DNA from: Thermococcus sp. JdFR-02
GTDB lineage: Archaea > Methanobacteriota_B > Thermococci > Thermococcales > Thermococcaceae
Assembly (NCBI GenBank): GCA_002009975.1
Contig: MTLP01000042.1
Location: forward strand, 273,917-337,916
Direction of reading: 5' to 3'
DNA length: 64,000 bases
Numbering within the stretch: the stretch's first letter is position 1; every line of letters begins with the position of its first letter. Positions 1 through 10,403 of this stretch are shown here, one piece after another. Position numbers and translations under genes: made by a program. The notes under the pieces are model-generated. The model worked only from the letters and a program-made list of their open reading frames with translations. It made no database searches and had not been told where the DNA came from.

Positions 1-760
1 AGAAGGTTTCTACTGAATTAAAAGCTATAAACCAGAGAAATATTGCTAAAAGCATGAAGAACAAACTTTTTTCTTGACTTGCAAAGACATCTTTAAGGTT
101 CTCTTTTAGCTCACCAAAGCTTTGGTTAAAGGTTTCTTTAAATGAAATCTTCTTAGTTTTTTCTTTAACCCTGTATTCTTCTGGCTCTTTAATGAAGAGA
201 ACGACCAAAATGTTTGCTATCAACATTAAAGCAGCACCAACATAGAAAGGCAAAGCATAGTTAATGTCATAGAGAACTTTTCCACCAAAGTAAGCAAAGA
301 GTGCCCCCAATCCTCCCATGAAATTGATTATACCGTTAGCTTGACTTCTAAACCTTGATGGTGTTATATCAGGCATTAAAGCTATAACTGGTGATCTAAA
401 GAGTGCCATAAAGAAGTTCATGAAGATAATCGTTCCCATCATAAGAGCTAAAACCTGATATCTTCTTGCTATCGGTATCAACGCAAAGAACAAAGCTGCT
501 GATGGTGCTCCAATCATTATATATGGCATTCTTCGTCCCCATTTTGTTCTCGTTTTATCGCTTAGTGCACCGATATATGGAAGCATCACTATGGCAAAGA
601 TGTTATCAATGACCATGACAATACCAATGATAAAAGAACTCAATGCAAAGTCTTTTAGGAAAATGGGAACATAAGCATTGTATAACGCCCAAATTATGCT
701 TATTCCAAAGAAACCAAAACCAAGTAAAAATATCTTCCCATAATTAAACTTTTCCTCCAT
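1..760 (-). CDS. MFS transporter (SLC45/sucrose-maltose-like), runs off the left edge
   Basis: Manual translation MEEKFNYGKIFLLGFGFFGISIIWALYNAYVPIFL...GALSDKTRTKWGRRMPY (MFS motif A); GGAGGTG RBS upstream; absent from the ORF track because it is partial. Confidence 0.85.
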   Translation of the reverse strand, partial: MEEKFNYGKIFLLGFGFFGISIIWALYNAYVPIFLKDFALSSFIIGIVMVIDNIFAIVMLPYIGALSDKTRTKWGRRMPYIMIGAPSAALFFALIPIARRYQVLALMMGTIIFMNFFMALFRSPVIALMPDITPSRFRSQANGIINFMGGLGALFAYFGGKVLYDINYALPFYVGAALMLIANILVVLFIKEPEEYRVKEKTKKISFKETFNQSFGELKENLKDVFASQEKSLFFMLLAIFLWFIAFNSVETF

Positions 761-883
761 TATTGCACCTCCCTGATGATTGTTGTACAAAAATAAAAAT
801 AATCAATTTAGATTAAAATAGTTTTTGGATGAACGTCAAAGAAAAAAGATGCAGAATAAGAATTGCTGGCATTATGACAAAGC

Positions 884-1417
884 TTAGCTTTTCAATGGAC
901 TGCCAAACTTATTCAAATGAACTCTTTCCCACATTATCTCCCTTTCGCTATGCCCTTCTTTCTGTTCTGCTGGATAACCCACTCCAATGATGCAAAGCAC
1001 TCTAATTTCTTGTGGGATGTTTAAAAGCCTTTTAACATAATCTTCAGCACTCTCATTTTCATTGTGCATTCTGTCTCTCACATGCCCCCAACAAGCACCT
1101 AAACCCAATGCCGTTGCTGCTAATTGAATGTGTTCTGCAGCTATAGATGCATCTTCTACCCAAGCAGATGTTTCTTCAGCACAAACAACTATAGCCAAAG
1201 GCGCTGTTTCTAAGAACTTTGTTGCCCTTCTCGTATTTGCTAACGCTTTAATTAACTCTCTATCTTTAACAACGATGAAGTGCCAGGGTCTGCTATTCCT
1301 TGAGCTTGGTGAATAAAATGCGGTCTCTAAAATCTTGTCTATAAGCTCGTCAGGGACATCTTTTTCTTGATACTTTCTTATGCTTCTCCTTTTCTTAACA
1401 ACTTCAAAAAATTCCAT
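884..1417 (-). CDS. Nitroreductase family protein
   Basis: RRSIRKY, SPSSRNSRPW and LGLGACW motifs; start trimmed to MEFF behind a GGTGAG RBS. Confidence 0.9.
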   Translation of the reverse strand: MEFFEVVKKRRSIRKYQEKDVPDELIDKILETAFYSPSSRNSRPWHFIVVKDRELIKALANTRRATKFLETAPLAIVVCAEETSAWVEDASIAAEHIQLAATALGLGACWGHVRDRMHNENESAEDYVKRLLNIPQEIRVLCIIGVGYPAEQKEGHSEREIMWERVHLNKFGSPLKS

Positions 1418-1418
1418 C

Positions 1419-2567
1419 TTACTCACCATAGAAAGCCTTCTTGTAAAGTTCTTTAATCTCCTCAATGCTTGGCTCAACTGGATTAAAGTTTATCAGAGGG
1501 TCGCCATAAGCTTTTTGGCTCATGTCTTCAAGTTTGGCTAAAAACTGATCTTCGCTAACTAAATCACCCAATTTTGGAACTTCAAGCATTTCATTAAGTT
1601 CTTTTACAACTTCAATTAGCTCTTGAGCAGTGTTAAAGCCGAGTTCTCTTGCTATTTCAGCGTATCTTTTTCTTGCATAATCAATTTTCATGTTAAACTC
1701 CATAATATATGGATTGAGAATTGCATTTAAGAGACCATGCGACGCCATCCAGGCTCCTTTGTGACTCATAGCATGACAGAGTCCTAAACGAGCATTTAAA
1801 AATGCAATTCCAGCCATAGTTGAAGCATAGTGCATCTCTTCCCTTGCTTTTTCCTCGCCGTTAACTGAAAGTGGGAGATATTTAAAGACACTCTTAATGA
1901 CTTTAATTGCCAAAGCATCACTAAAAGGAGTTGCAACCGTTGAAACGTAAGCTTCAATGGCATGGACTAAAACATCCAATCCAGAGTTTCTCGTTACTCC
2001 TTTTGGCATTGTCATTGGTAACCTTGGATCTAAAATGGCAAACTCTGGTGCAATTTCAAAAGAAACAAGATTGTATTTAACATCCCCTTTCTTTAAAACC
2101 GAAGCAGCAGAAACCTCGCTCCCAGCGCCGCTTGTTGAAGGAATCGCCACTAATGGTGTCTTAAGCTTTGGAATTGGTTTTGGTTTTGAAAAGCGATCAA
2201 GAAAGGCTATTTCTTCAAATTTGAGATTGGGCGCATCATAAAAAACTTTAACCGCTTTTACAACATCAATAACACTCCCACCACCTAATGCTATAAACAA
2301 ATCAGGATTAAATTCCTTAACCTTTGGCAAAATATTTTCAATATACTCATAGCTCGGTTCCGCTGGAACTCCTAAAATCACTTCATTTTCAGCTCCTGAA
2401 TCTTCAACATAATTCATGACTTCATTTAAGAAACCATGGATTCTCATTGATTTGCTTGAAAAGATTAGAACTCTGCTATAGTTCTTTGCAACACTCTTAA
2501 CATAACTTAAACTCCCTTCTCCAATAACAATTCTTGTTTTTAAGCTAAAGAATCTCATGAGCATCAC
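1419..2567 (-). CDS. Iron-containing alcohol dehydrogenase
   Basis: GGGSVID, PSTSGAGSE, DVLVHAIE, HAMSH and HG metal-ligand motifs. Confidence 0.92.
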   Translation of the reverse strand: MMLMRFFSLKTRIVIGEGSLSYVKSVAKNYSRVLIFSSKSMRIHGFLNEVMNYVEDSGAENEVILGVPAEPSYEYIENILPKVKEFNPDLFIALGGGSVIDVVKAVKVFYDAPNLKFEEIAFLDRFSKPKPIPKLKTPLVAIPSTSGAGSEVSAASVLKKGDVKYNLVSFEIAPEFAILDPRLPMTMPKGVTRNSGLDVLVHAIEAYVSTVATPFSDALAIKVIKSVFKYLPLSVNGEEKAREEMHYASTMAGIAFLNARLGLCHAMSHKGAWMASHGLLNAILNPYIMEFNMKIDYARKRYAEIARELGFNTAQELIEVVKELNEMLEVPKLGDLVSEDQFLAKLEDMSQKAYGDPLINFNPVEPSIEEIKELYKKAFYGE

Positions 2568-2673
2568 CAGAATGAATAAGGAGAACCAAGTTAAAAAGAT
2601 TAGTCACTTGAAGTTTTGCCTAGTAAAATTTATAAATATTATAGGTCTTTAATATTTTATATTCATGAAATAA

Positions 2674-3501
2674 TTGCTGGTGATTAAAATGCCCAACATA
2701 GGCGTTAACTCATGCATAGTCAGGGAGATAACAGGAAGAGGATTAAGCTTAGATGAGCTTAGAATTGATTTAATTGAGGTTGGCTTTGATGATTTGCCTC
2801 TAGTCACTGAAAAAGGGATTAATATGGATAGTGTTGAGCTTCTTAGGACGCTCGATGTTGGATATACTCTTCATGCCCCAACTTCAGATGCAAGAACTGT
2901 AAGAGTTAATTTGGGAGTTAAGAGCGAGAAAAACATTAAAATCATGGGAAATGTTCTTAAAATTGCCTCATTACTAGATGCCGAATATGTTGTTGTTCAT
3001 GGTGGGGATGTTAATGGTTCGTACCATAAAGCTTTTTTGAACACAATAGAACAGCTTAAAGTTATAGCCAAGATGGCTAAAGATTATTCCATAAAATTAA
3101 CCATTGAAAACCTTTGTGATAAGAGAATAGGTGCTTTGCCCTATGAGCTTTTTCCCTTTTTAAACTTAGGATTAGGTTTAACATTTGATACCGCCCATGC
3201 CTTTTTAATATCTAAAAAATATGGCATTCCCTATGAGGAATACTTTAAACTTATGAGTTATGCAGATCATATTCACTTACACGATAACAACGGAGTTGTA
3301 GATGAACACAGAGCTTTGGGAGAGGGAATTATAAATCTAGACCATGTCATGAATGGTCTGAGAAATATAAACCCGAAGAACATAATTCTTGAGATAATAA
3401 ATTACAGCAAGCCTGAGAATATTATTAGAAGTATTGAGATTGTAAGATTTCAGAGATTCCCCTATATAAATAGAGCGGAAAAGGTAAGAGCAAGGGCTTA
3501 A
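2674..3501 (+). CDS. Sugar phosphate isomerase/epimerase (AP endonuclease 2 TIM-barrel family)
   Basis: LHAP, VVVHGG, IENL, FDTAH, IHLHDN and DEH motifs. Confidence 0.8.
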   Translation: MLVIKMPNIGVNSCIVREITGRGLSLDELRIDLIEVGFDDLPLVTEKGINMDSVELLRTLDVGYTLHAPTSDARTVRVNLGVKSEKNIKIMGNVLKIASLLDAEYVVVHGGDVNGSYHKAFLNTIEQLKVIAKMAKDYSIKLTIENLCDKRIGALPYELFPFLNLGLGLTFDTAHAFLISKKYGIPYEEYFKLMSYADHIHLHDNNGVVDEHRALGEGIINLDHVMNGLRNINPKNIILEIINYSKPENIIRSIEIVRFQRFPYINRAEKVRARA

Positions 3502-4565
3502 AGCCCAAACAACCTCCTTAGATTCCTTTCAAACGGTGGATAAACAACACCCTTTTCTGTTATTATTCCTGTTAAATATTTGTGCGGTGTAATATCAAAA
3601 GCTGGATTATAAACATCCACATCTGGTGCTATTTTGCAACCTCCACAACCCAAAACCTCTTCTTTTGCTCTCTCTTCTATTGGTATTTCCTTTCCACTTT
3701 TTAAGCTTAAGTCAATAGTCGATGTTGGGGCAACCACAAAGAAAGGTATCTTGTGCTCTTTAGCCAAAATCGCTAAGGAATAAGTCCCTATCTTATTTGC
3801 AAAGTCCCCATTGGCAACTATCCTATCAGCACCAACGATTACATAATCAACTAAACCTTGCTGCATAACGAAGCCTGCCATATTATCGCAAATGAGCTTT
3901 AAAGGAATTCCATCATAAGAATACTCCCAAGCCGAAAGGCGAGCACCTTGTAAGACAGGTCTAGTTTCATCGACCCATAAAAGCTTGAGCTTCTCTTCTT
4001 TATGCATTACTCTAAGAACAGCACCAACTGTGCCAAGATGCACCGTTGCTAGACTTCCAGCGTTGCAGTGAGTTAAAACACTTCCTTTGTCAAGAATCTC
4101 ACTCCCAACATGCCCCATTTTTAAGTTAGCTTCAACATCTTCATTCGCTATTTTTTGAGCTTCATTAATTATTAACTGCTTTATAGTTTCTAGGCTCTCT
4201 TCACCGTGCTCCTCTACAAGCTTTTTGATCCTATTCAAAGCCCAAAACAAATTAACAGCTGTTGGTCTTGTGGATTTTAAAGCTTCATAAGCTCTCTCAA
4301 ATTCACTTAAAAACTCTCCCTTTGTTTTTGCCTTGCTTTTGTGGGCAAGTAGAGCTAAACCAAAAGCCGCTGTTGCCCCAATAGCTGGAGCACCTCTAAC
4401 TTGCATTGTTTTTATTGCTCTGGCAACCTCTTCAACTGTGTTTAGTGAAATGACTTTGAATTCTTTTGGCAGAAGAGTTTGGTCAATTATGAAAACTCTC
4501 CCATCCTTAAATTCAACGCTCCTTGGGAGCTTTGTAAGTTCTTCAGGCTTATACCTCAATTCCAT
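3498..4565 (-). CDS. mtnA: S-methyl-5-thioribose-1-phosphate isomerase (eIF2B-like)
   Basis: VRGAPAIG, RPTAVNL, THCNAGSLAT, DETRPVLQGARL and NKIGTY motifs. Confidence 0.9.
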   Translation of the reverse strand: MELRYKPEELTKLPRSVEFKDGRVFIIDQTLLPKEFKVISLNTVEEVARAIKTMQVRGAPAIGATAAFGLALLAHKSKAKTKGEFLSEFERAYEALKSTRPTAVNLFWALNRIKKLVEEHGEESLETIKQLIINEAQKIANEDVEANLKMGHVGSEILDKGSVLTHCNAGSLATVHLGTVGAVLRVMHKEEKLKLLWVDETRPVLQGARLSAWEYSYDGIPLKLICDNMAGFVMQQGLVDYVIVGADRIVANGDFANKIGTYSLAILAKEHKIPFFVVAPTSTIDLSLKSGKEIPIEERAKEEVLGCGGCKIAPDVDVYNPAFDITPHKYLTGIITEKGVVYPPFERNLRRLFGL

Positions 4566-4634
4566 ATCCCTACCTCCAACTATTCTTTGCGTTAAGGGTT
4601 TAAAAGAATAAGCAAAAATTAGGATGGTGGTTTC

Positions 4635-5144
4635 ATGAAGATCTTTGTAAGCGGAATGCCTGGAGTGGGAAAGACAACTTTAATTTTGAAGGTTAGTGAA
4701 GCCTTAAAATCCCGAGAATGGAGAATTGGAGGAATAATAACTCAAGAGGTACGGGAAAGAGGGAAGAGAGTTGGCTTTAAAATTATAGCCCTCGACACTA
4801 GGGAGGAAGGAATCTTAGCTTGGGAAGGCTTTAACGGACCAAAAGTTGGTAAATATGGGGTTAATTTGAGAGATTTGGAAGAAATTGGGGTTAAAGCTGT
4901 TGAAAGAGCAATAGATGATGCTGATTTAATTATAATTGATGAGATTGGAGCAATGGAGCTAAAAAGCAGAAAGTTTGGAGAAGTCGTTGAAAAAGCTCTA
5001 AAAAGTGATAAGCATTTATTGGCTGCTGTTCACAGGAGATTAACCCAAAAATATTCAAAATATGGAATGCTTTACATTTTAACCCGCGAAAATCGGGAGA
5101 GAGTTTTAAGCGAAATTCTGGAGTTCTTTAATAAACCAACATAA
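4635..5144 (+). CDS. Nucleoside triphosphatase (THEP1/NTPase_1)
   Basis: GMPGVGKTT, RVGF, KVGKY and IIDEIGAME motifs. Confidence 0.9.
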   Translation: MKIFVSGMPGVGKTTLILKVSEALKSREWRIGGIITQEVRERGKRVGFKIIALDTREEGILAWEGFNGPKVGKYGVNLRDLEEIGVKAVERAIDDADLIIIDEIGAMELKSRKFGEVVEKALKSDKHLLAAVHRRLTQKYSKYGMLYILTRENRERVLSEILEFFNKPT

Positions 5145-5176
5145 TTATGGTATTAAATAATTACGTAATTAAACAA

Positions 5177-5923
5177 TTATTCAAGAGCTGCCAGGAGGAT
5201 AGGCTTTCCATCAATAGTGGAGATTTTTGCCTTAACTCCATAAACCCTTTCCAGTATATCTTCTTTTAACTCAAACACTTCCCCACTCCATTCAATTGAG
5301 CCGTTATGTAAAAGCATTAGCTTATCTGAATACTGCAAAGCTAAATTTAGGTCATGCATAACCGCTACGATGATCTTTTCATCTTTAAGCCTTGTTAAAA
5401 GCTCCATAATTTGCAAGGCATGGTTTACATCTAGGTGAGAAGTAGGCTCGTCTAAAAGTATTATTTCACTTCCTTGGGCTAATGCCCTAGCTATTAAAAC
5501 AAGCTGATATTCTCCGCCACTTAGGTTTGTTATAAACTCCCTCCTTCTCTCCCACATCCCTACGAGCTTTAAGGCTTTTTTGACATCTCCACCAGTTGCA
5601 TAGGTTCCAAGTTCCACAAACTCTTCAATTGTAAAGGCAAATTCTGGAAGGGAATTTTGAGGAACATATGTAATGTATTTAGCTCTCTCCTTTGCTGGAA
5701 GCTTTGTTAGATCAAGTCCGTTATATCTCACGTAGCCTTTTCCTTTTAAAATTCCCACCATGCATTTTAGAAGAGTTGATTTACCAGCTCCATTTGGACC
5801 AATAATAGCTAAAAGCTCTCTTTTTTGAGCGAAAAAGCTAACATTTTTTAAAACCTCTCTCTCGCCATAGGAAAACCTAAGGTTAACTTCAAGTTGTTTT
5901 TCCTGCTTAGGCATAAAGTTCAC
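5177..5923 (-). CDS. ABC transporter ATP-binding protein (cobalamin/Fe-siderophore type)
   Basis: GPNGAGKST, LSGGE, LLDEPTSHLD and MHDLNLA motifs. Confidence 0.9.
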   Translation of the reverse strand: MNFMPKQEKQLEVNLRFSYGEREVLKNVSFFAQKRELLAIIGPNGAGKSTLLKCMVGILKGKGYVRYNGLDLTKLPAKERAKYITYVPQNSLPEFAFTIEEFVELGTYATGGDVKKALKLVGMWERRREFITNLSGGEYQLVLIARALAQGSEIILLDEPTSHLDVNHALQIMELLTRLKDEKIIVAVMHDLNLALQYSDKLMLLHNGSIEWSGEVFELKEDILERVYGVKAKISTIDGKPILLAALE

Positions 5924-6932
5924 CCCTCTTTCTCTTCATTAAAAGATAAATGAAGAATGGAGCCCCAAATAAAGCTGTTATAATTCCAACTGGGATTTCT
6001 GAAGGCTTTAACAAGATTCTTGCTAATAAATCTGCAAAGACCATTAAAGAACCTCCAAATAAAGCCGATGCAGGCAAAAGCTTCCTGTGATTAGGTCCAA
6101 AAATTAAACGCATTGCATGGGGACTTATAAGACCAACAAAGCCAATAATTCCAGAAGTTGAGACTGCAAAAGCCGTTAAAAGTGAAACAACGAAAATTAT
6201 TGCCTTTCTGTAAAAGCTTAAATCCAGACCTAAAGCTATTGCTTCCTCACCGAAGAGAAGTAAGTTAAGCTCTCTCCACTTATACATTAAAAATGAAAAT
6301 CCTAAAAGGGATGAGAATAGCACGAGCTTAGCATCGCTCCAAGTCGCACCATTGAATGTTCCCATTAACCAAAAGATAGCATTATGAATTCTCTCTTTTC
6401 CGACATACAAAAGATAAGACGTCAAAGCATGGGCAAAAAAGCCAAAAGCAATTCCCGCTAAAAGCAATGTGTCAACTGGAATATGTCCATCAACTTTTGA
6501 TATGTTGTAAACTAGAAAAACTGAAAGCAGAGCAAAGAGAAGGGCAAAAATACTCATATACCTTGGAAAGAACAGAGCGGCTATTGAAGCTCCAACTGCA
6601 GCTCCTCCAGAGATTCCCAAAATATAAGGATCACCCAAGGGGTTTTTAAATAAGGCTTGAGTTGCAACACCCGCAGAGGCTAAGCTCAAACCAACTAAAT
6701 AAGCAAGGATTACTCTTGGTAGTCTAATCTCCCAGATTATTGTAAAGTACGTTGTGTCTAGTTCTTTTAAAGGTTCAACTCCAAAAACAAAAAGCAATTT
6801 AGAGATCTCCATTTTTACTCCATAAATAATGCTTTTCAGAATTAAAGAAAAGGATATACTAACTGAACCAAAGGCTATCCCTAAGAACATCAGCAACACT
6901 GAGGCGATTATAAGGATTATCACTTTTTTCAT
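5907..6932 (-). CDS. FecCD/BtuC family ABC permease
   Basis: IRLPRV, NPLGDPYILGISGGA, IGFVGL and EIPVG motifs. Confidence 0.92.
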   Translation of the reverse strand: MKKVIILIIASVLLMFLGIAFGSVSISFSLILKSIIYGVKMEISKLLFVFGVEPLKELDTTYFTIIWEIRLPRVILAYLVGLSLASAGVATQALFKNPLGDPYILGISGGAAVGASIAALFFPRYMSIFALLFALLSVFLVYNISKVDGHIPVDTLLLAGIAFGFFAHALTSYLLYVGKERIHNAIFWLMGTFNGATWSDAKLVLFSSLLGFSFLMYKWRELNLLLFGEEAIALGLDLSFYRKAIIFVVSLLTAFAVSTSGIIGFVGLISPHAMRLIFGPNHRKLLPASALFGGSLMVFADLLARILLKPSEIPVGIITALFGAPFFIYLLMKRKRGELYA

Positions 6933-7011
6933 AGTATTCCCCTTTGGATTTTTTGTCCAATTAAAAATCGTTATGTTGACTTAAAAATCTAACCCAAAAG
7001 AAACCCTATAA

Positions 7012-9090
7012 ATGATGAGAGAATATAAAGACTTGGTGGGTAAGATGAAAAAAAGATACATAATAACCATTTTAATCATTTTGCTTACACTTAGCACTAC
7101 CATTAGTCCCGTAAGTTCCCAAGCTTTTGTTAAAAATCCAAAACCTCCCCTTATAATAGTGGGCAATCCATACCCAAAATACCTCTCACTATCACCAAAC
7201 GAGACTTACACAGTTTACCTATATGTAGCCGATGATGTGGAAATTAGGGAGACAAAGCTTTACTACAAGGTCAACGATGGGGAATGGAAGTCTATTTACG
7301 CAGTTAGAGCAACTATTAATGAAAACGAAGAAATGTATGAGTCAATAGTCAGCAAATTCACAACCAAAGAATTCAAGTTCACAACATTTTATGGAAAGGC
7401 TACAATTCCCTCTCAAAAACCGGGTTCAAGGGTTTACTTTAAAGTTGTTGCCCAGGATGCTGAAGGGCACATAGTAGAGAGTCAAATTGGAACTTACATA
7501 GTTTCTAACCCTGAAGGAAAAAGAGTAATGGTAGTTGATCCCTCAGTCAAATACAGAGCTTTTTTAGAAAATATGCGTTTTATAAAAGAGATGATAAATT
7601 ACACGAAAGAGAAATACTTCTATGACATGAGTGAATACCAGAAAACAGTTGAATTTTTAGAACCTTTTGAAAACTCCAGCCAAAGTTTTCTAAGAGAACA
7701 CCATTGGGAGCTTTTAGCTAAAGATTATAATATCATAATCGTTTCCCCAGAAGAAGTCGCGAATGCACTTAAAGAGTTTAAGCCAGAGGTAATTATCTTG
7801 TCAAATCTATGGATAAAGGAGTGGGAGCTTTCAAAGGAGGAACTTAACAGCCTAATTAAATATCTAAGAGACAACAACTGCGGACTAATTGTTACCCATG
7901 GGACTCTATATGATGGGATTTCCTGGAAAGAAGGGATTAATTATTTAGGATCAACTCTCCACATAGGTGGGATAGAGGCTTATAACGATGAAAGCATTGC
8001 AACTTTACTTGGATTTGAACTTTTGCCAATATTAGAAGGGGCTAAACTAAAGTACGCTGAAAATAAGCCTCACTTGGCAGAAATTCCAACTCTTTTGCCC
8101 TTCCTTCCATCAAAAAGCAAGTTAAATATTAGAAATAAGGGAATAATATCAAGCATAGGCTTATTAAGCTTTGAGGGCGAAATTAATGCGGCTTTTGGAT
8201 GGCAATATCTGCTCCCAGCAGAAAGCTTGCCCTTTGCAAAGAGCAAAGTTAGGGAACTAAAAAAGAGCGTCAAAGTAAGAGTAAAGGAGTTCTCAGAACT
8301 TCAAGAGAAAGTTTTTGGAGTTTCTTTATATACAAGAAACATTTATGCCCTCGACTTTCCTTTTGTTGATGCAATTTTGAATATTCAAATCAAAGACACT
8401 CAAGTTGAAATACCTGTAGGTACTGATGTCCTAATCTTAGAGCCTCCTCAAGAGATCATTGAGAGGGTCAGGCTCTTAAAGGCGATAAACAGGGATCTAA
8501 TTGATATAAGTGCCCTTTCAAGCGATTACCTGTTAACCATCATAACCAGAGATGAGAGGCATAGAAAAGATGGAATTAGGAGTGTATACATTTCCTTTGA
8601 GATAGAAGCCGGAGGAAAAGAGAGTTTTGGTGTTTTGAAAGATCTGATAGCATGGGCTTCAGATTTTAAGCAAATCCAATATTTAGTTCAAGAGCCACAA
8701 GTTGTTCTGTTAGCTAACGACATAGATTGGGAAATCAAAGGAAAAGAACTTTTTGAACAGTTTAAGTCCATAGGGGCAAATATTAAGAGAGTTAAGCCAT
8801 CAGAATTTGAGATTTACAAAAACTCAAGAGTCGTGGTGATTTTAGGAGGACCAAAGGCTTATGATGGTATCGGAGACTATGTGAAACAAGCATTAAACGA
8901 AGAAGAACAGCTAAAAATAATCAGAGGGGAGGAAGGGATATTTATAAAGAGGGATGTTTGGAATAAGAAACAAGTTGTGATAATAATTGCGGGAAGAGAT
9001 AGGAATCAAACTGGGGCAAAGGTATTGCTTTATCAAAAAGGCATAAATGAAAAGTACATAGACCTTTTGGCAGAGTTCAGTTTAAAGTGA
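7012..9090 (+). CDS. Secreted/surface protein with C-terminal S-layer-like domain
   Basis: Signal peptide MKKRYIITILIILLTLS; C-terminal VVLLANDID..ILGGPKA..IAGRDR pattern typical of Thermococcales surface proteins. Confidence 0.65.
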   Translation: MMREYKDLVGKMKKRYIITILIILLTLSTTISPVSSQAFVKNPKPPLIIVGNPYPKYLSLSPNETYTVYLYVADDVEIRETKLYYKVNDGEWKSIYAVRATINENEEMYESIVSKFTTKEFKFTTFYGKATIPSQKPGSRVYFKVVAQDAEGHIVESQIGTYIVSNPEGKRVMVVDPSVKYRAFLENMRFIKEMINYTKEKYFYDMSEYQKTVEFLEPFENSSQSFLREHHWELLAKDYNIIIVSPEEVANALKEFKPEVIILSNLWIKEWELSKEELNSLIKYLRDNNCGLIVTHGTLYDGISWKEGINYLGSTLHIGGIEAYNDESIATLLGFELLPILEGAKLKYAENKPHLAEIPTLLPFLPSKSKLNIRNKGIISSIGLLSFEGEINAAFGWQYLLPAESLPFAKSKVRELKKSVKVRVKEFSELQEKVFGVSLYTRNIYALDFPFVDAILNIQIKDTQVEIPVGTDVLILEPPQEIIERVRLLKAINRDLIDISALSSDYLLTIITRDERHRKDGIRSVYISFEIEAGGKESFGVLKDLIAWASDFKQIQYLVQEPQVVLLANDIDWEIKGKELFEQFKSIGANIKRVKPSEFEIYKNSRVVVILGGPKAYDGIGDYVKQALNEEEQLKIIRGEEGIFIKRDVWNKKQVVIIIAGRDRNQTGAKVLLYQKGINEKYIDLLAEFSLK

Positions 9091-9200
9091 CGTCCTATTT
9101 GAATTTTTTCTACATTTTTAATTAAAAACTTTGGATAAAGCCCGTCAAAGTCGTATATTTGCTCAAAAACATGGATAAGTCTCAATCAGATGCATACAAG

Positions 9201-9216
9201 CGAAAAGTTTTTAAAT
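9201..9216 (+). promoter_or_regulatory. BRE/TATA promoter of tRNA-Glu
   Basis: CGAAAAG-TTTTTAAAT about 30 nt upstream of the tRNA. Confidence 0.65.
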
Positions 9217-9244
9217 CATCATCAATGTTATGAGATACGGAACT

Positions 9245-9322
9245 GCCCCGGTGGTGTAGCCCGGTCAAACATGCGGGCCTTTCGAGCCCGCGCCCCGGGT
9301 TCAAATCCCGGCCGGGGCACCA
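9245..9322 (+). tRNA. tRNA-Glu (anticodon TTC)
   Basis: GCCCCGG/CCGGGGC acceptor stem, CGGGC-CT-TTC-GA-GCCCG anticodon arm, GGTTCAAATCC T-loop, encoded CCA, no intron. Confidence 0.97.
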
Positions 9323-9402
9323 AAATTTCTAAAGCGCTGTTCTGTAAGTAAATTAAAAATCAAAAAGCAAACCTTTTAAATTTCTTCACTTACCTTCTTT
9401 CG

Positions 9403-10401
9403 ATGCTTATGCTTGGTGTTAGAGTTCCTCTCAAAGAAGGCGAAAAAGTTAGAAGAAGACTTTTAGAGCTTGGAATTTTGAATAAAGAATATAAAATTAA
9501 GAGAGAAGGAGAATTCTTGATCTTCCCAATAACAAAGTCTATTGAAGGCTTTGAGATAGTTGAGACTAATTTTGAGAAAGCCCAAAAAAGACCTTTTAGT
9601 TATAGAGAGATTGTTAACGTGCCTGAGAAGTTAAAACCCCTCTTACCTTCCTCCTTCGATATCATAGGTGATATTGTCATTATCGAACTTCCAGAAGAGC
9701 TGATTCCATATGGAAAAAATATTGGTGAAGCAATTTTAAAAGTTCATAAGCATATAAAAGCTGTTTTCATGAAAGGGAGCAAAATTAGTGGAGCATATAG
9801 GGTTAGAGAGCTAATTCATTTAGCTGGCAAAAAAAGAACAGAAACGATTCATAAGGAAAATGGCATAAGGTTAAAGCTTGACGTTAGCAAGGTTTATTTC
9901 TCCCCAAGATTAGCGACTGAGAGAATGAGGATCTTCAAAAAAGCTAAGAAAGGGGAGATAGTCTTTGACATGTTTGCTGGAATTGGTCCCTATGCAATCC
10001 TTTTAGCTAAAAAAGTAAAATTGGTTTTTGCTTGTGACATAAATCCTTGGGCAATCAAATATTTGAAGAAAAACAAGAACCTCAATAAAGTCAATAATGT
10101 AATCCCAATTTTGGGTGATGTTAGAGAAGTTGCAGGACAAATAAGAGCTGATAGGGTAATAATGAACTTACCCAAATTTGCCCATGAATTCTTAAAAGAA
10201 GCTATTTTAAGTGTAAAGAGCGATGGAATTATCCATTATTATGGATTCTCTCATGAGGATAACCTTTTTGGAGAGCATGAAGAGAAAATTAAAACCATCG
10301 CAGAGAAGCTTGGTAGAAGAGTCGAATTTTTAGAAAGAAGGGTTGTAAGACCCTATGCACCATATCAATACAACATCGCTATAGACTTCAAAGTTCTTTA
10401 A
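9403..10401 (+). CDS. trm5b: tRNA (guanine-37-N1)-methyltransferase Trm5b
   Basis: DIIGDI, VYFSPRLATER, DMFAGIGPY and MNLPK motifs. Confidence 0.85.
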   Translation: MLMLGVRVPLKEGEKVRRRLLELGILNKEYKIKREGEFLIFPITKSIEGFEIVETNFEKAQKRPFSYREIVNVPEKLKPLLPSSFDIIGDIVIIELPEELIPYGKNIGEAILKVHKHIKAVFMKGSKISGAYRVRELIHLAGKKRTETIHKENGIRLKLDVSKVYFSPRLATERMRIFKKAKKGEIVFDMFAGIGPYAILLAKKVKLVFACDINPWAIKYLKKNKNLNKVNNVIPILGDVREVAGQIRADRVIMNLPKFAHEFLKEAILSVKSDGIIHYYGFSHEDNLFGEHEEKIKTIAEKLGRRVEFLERRVVRPYAPYQYNIAIDFKVL

Positions 10402-10403
10402 TT

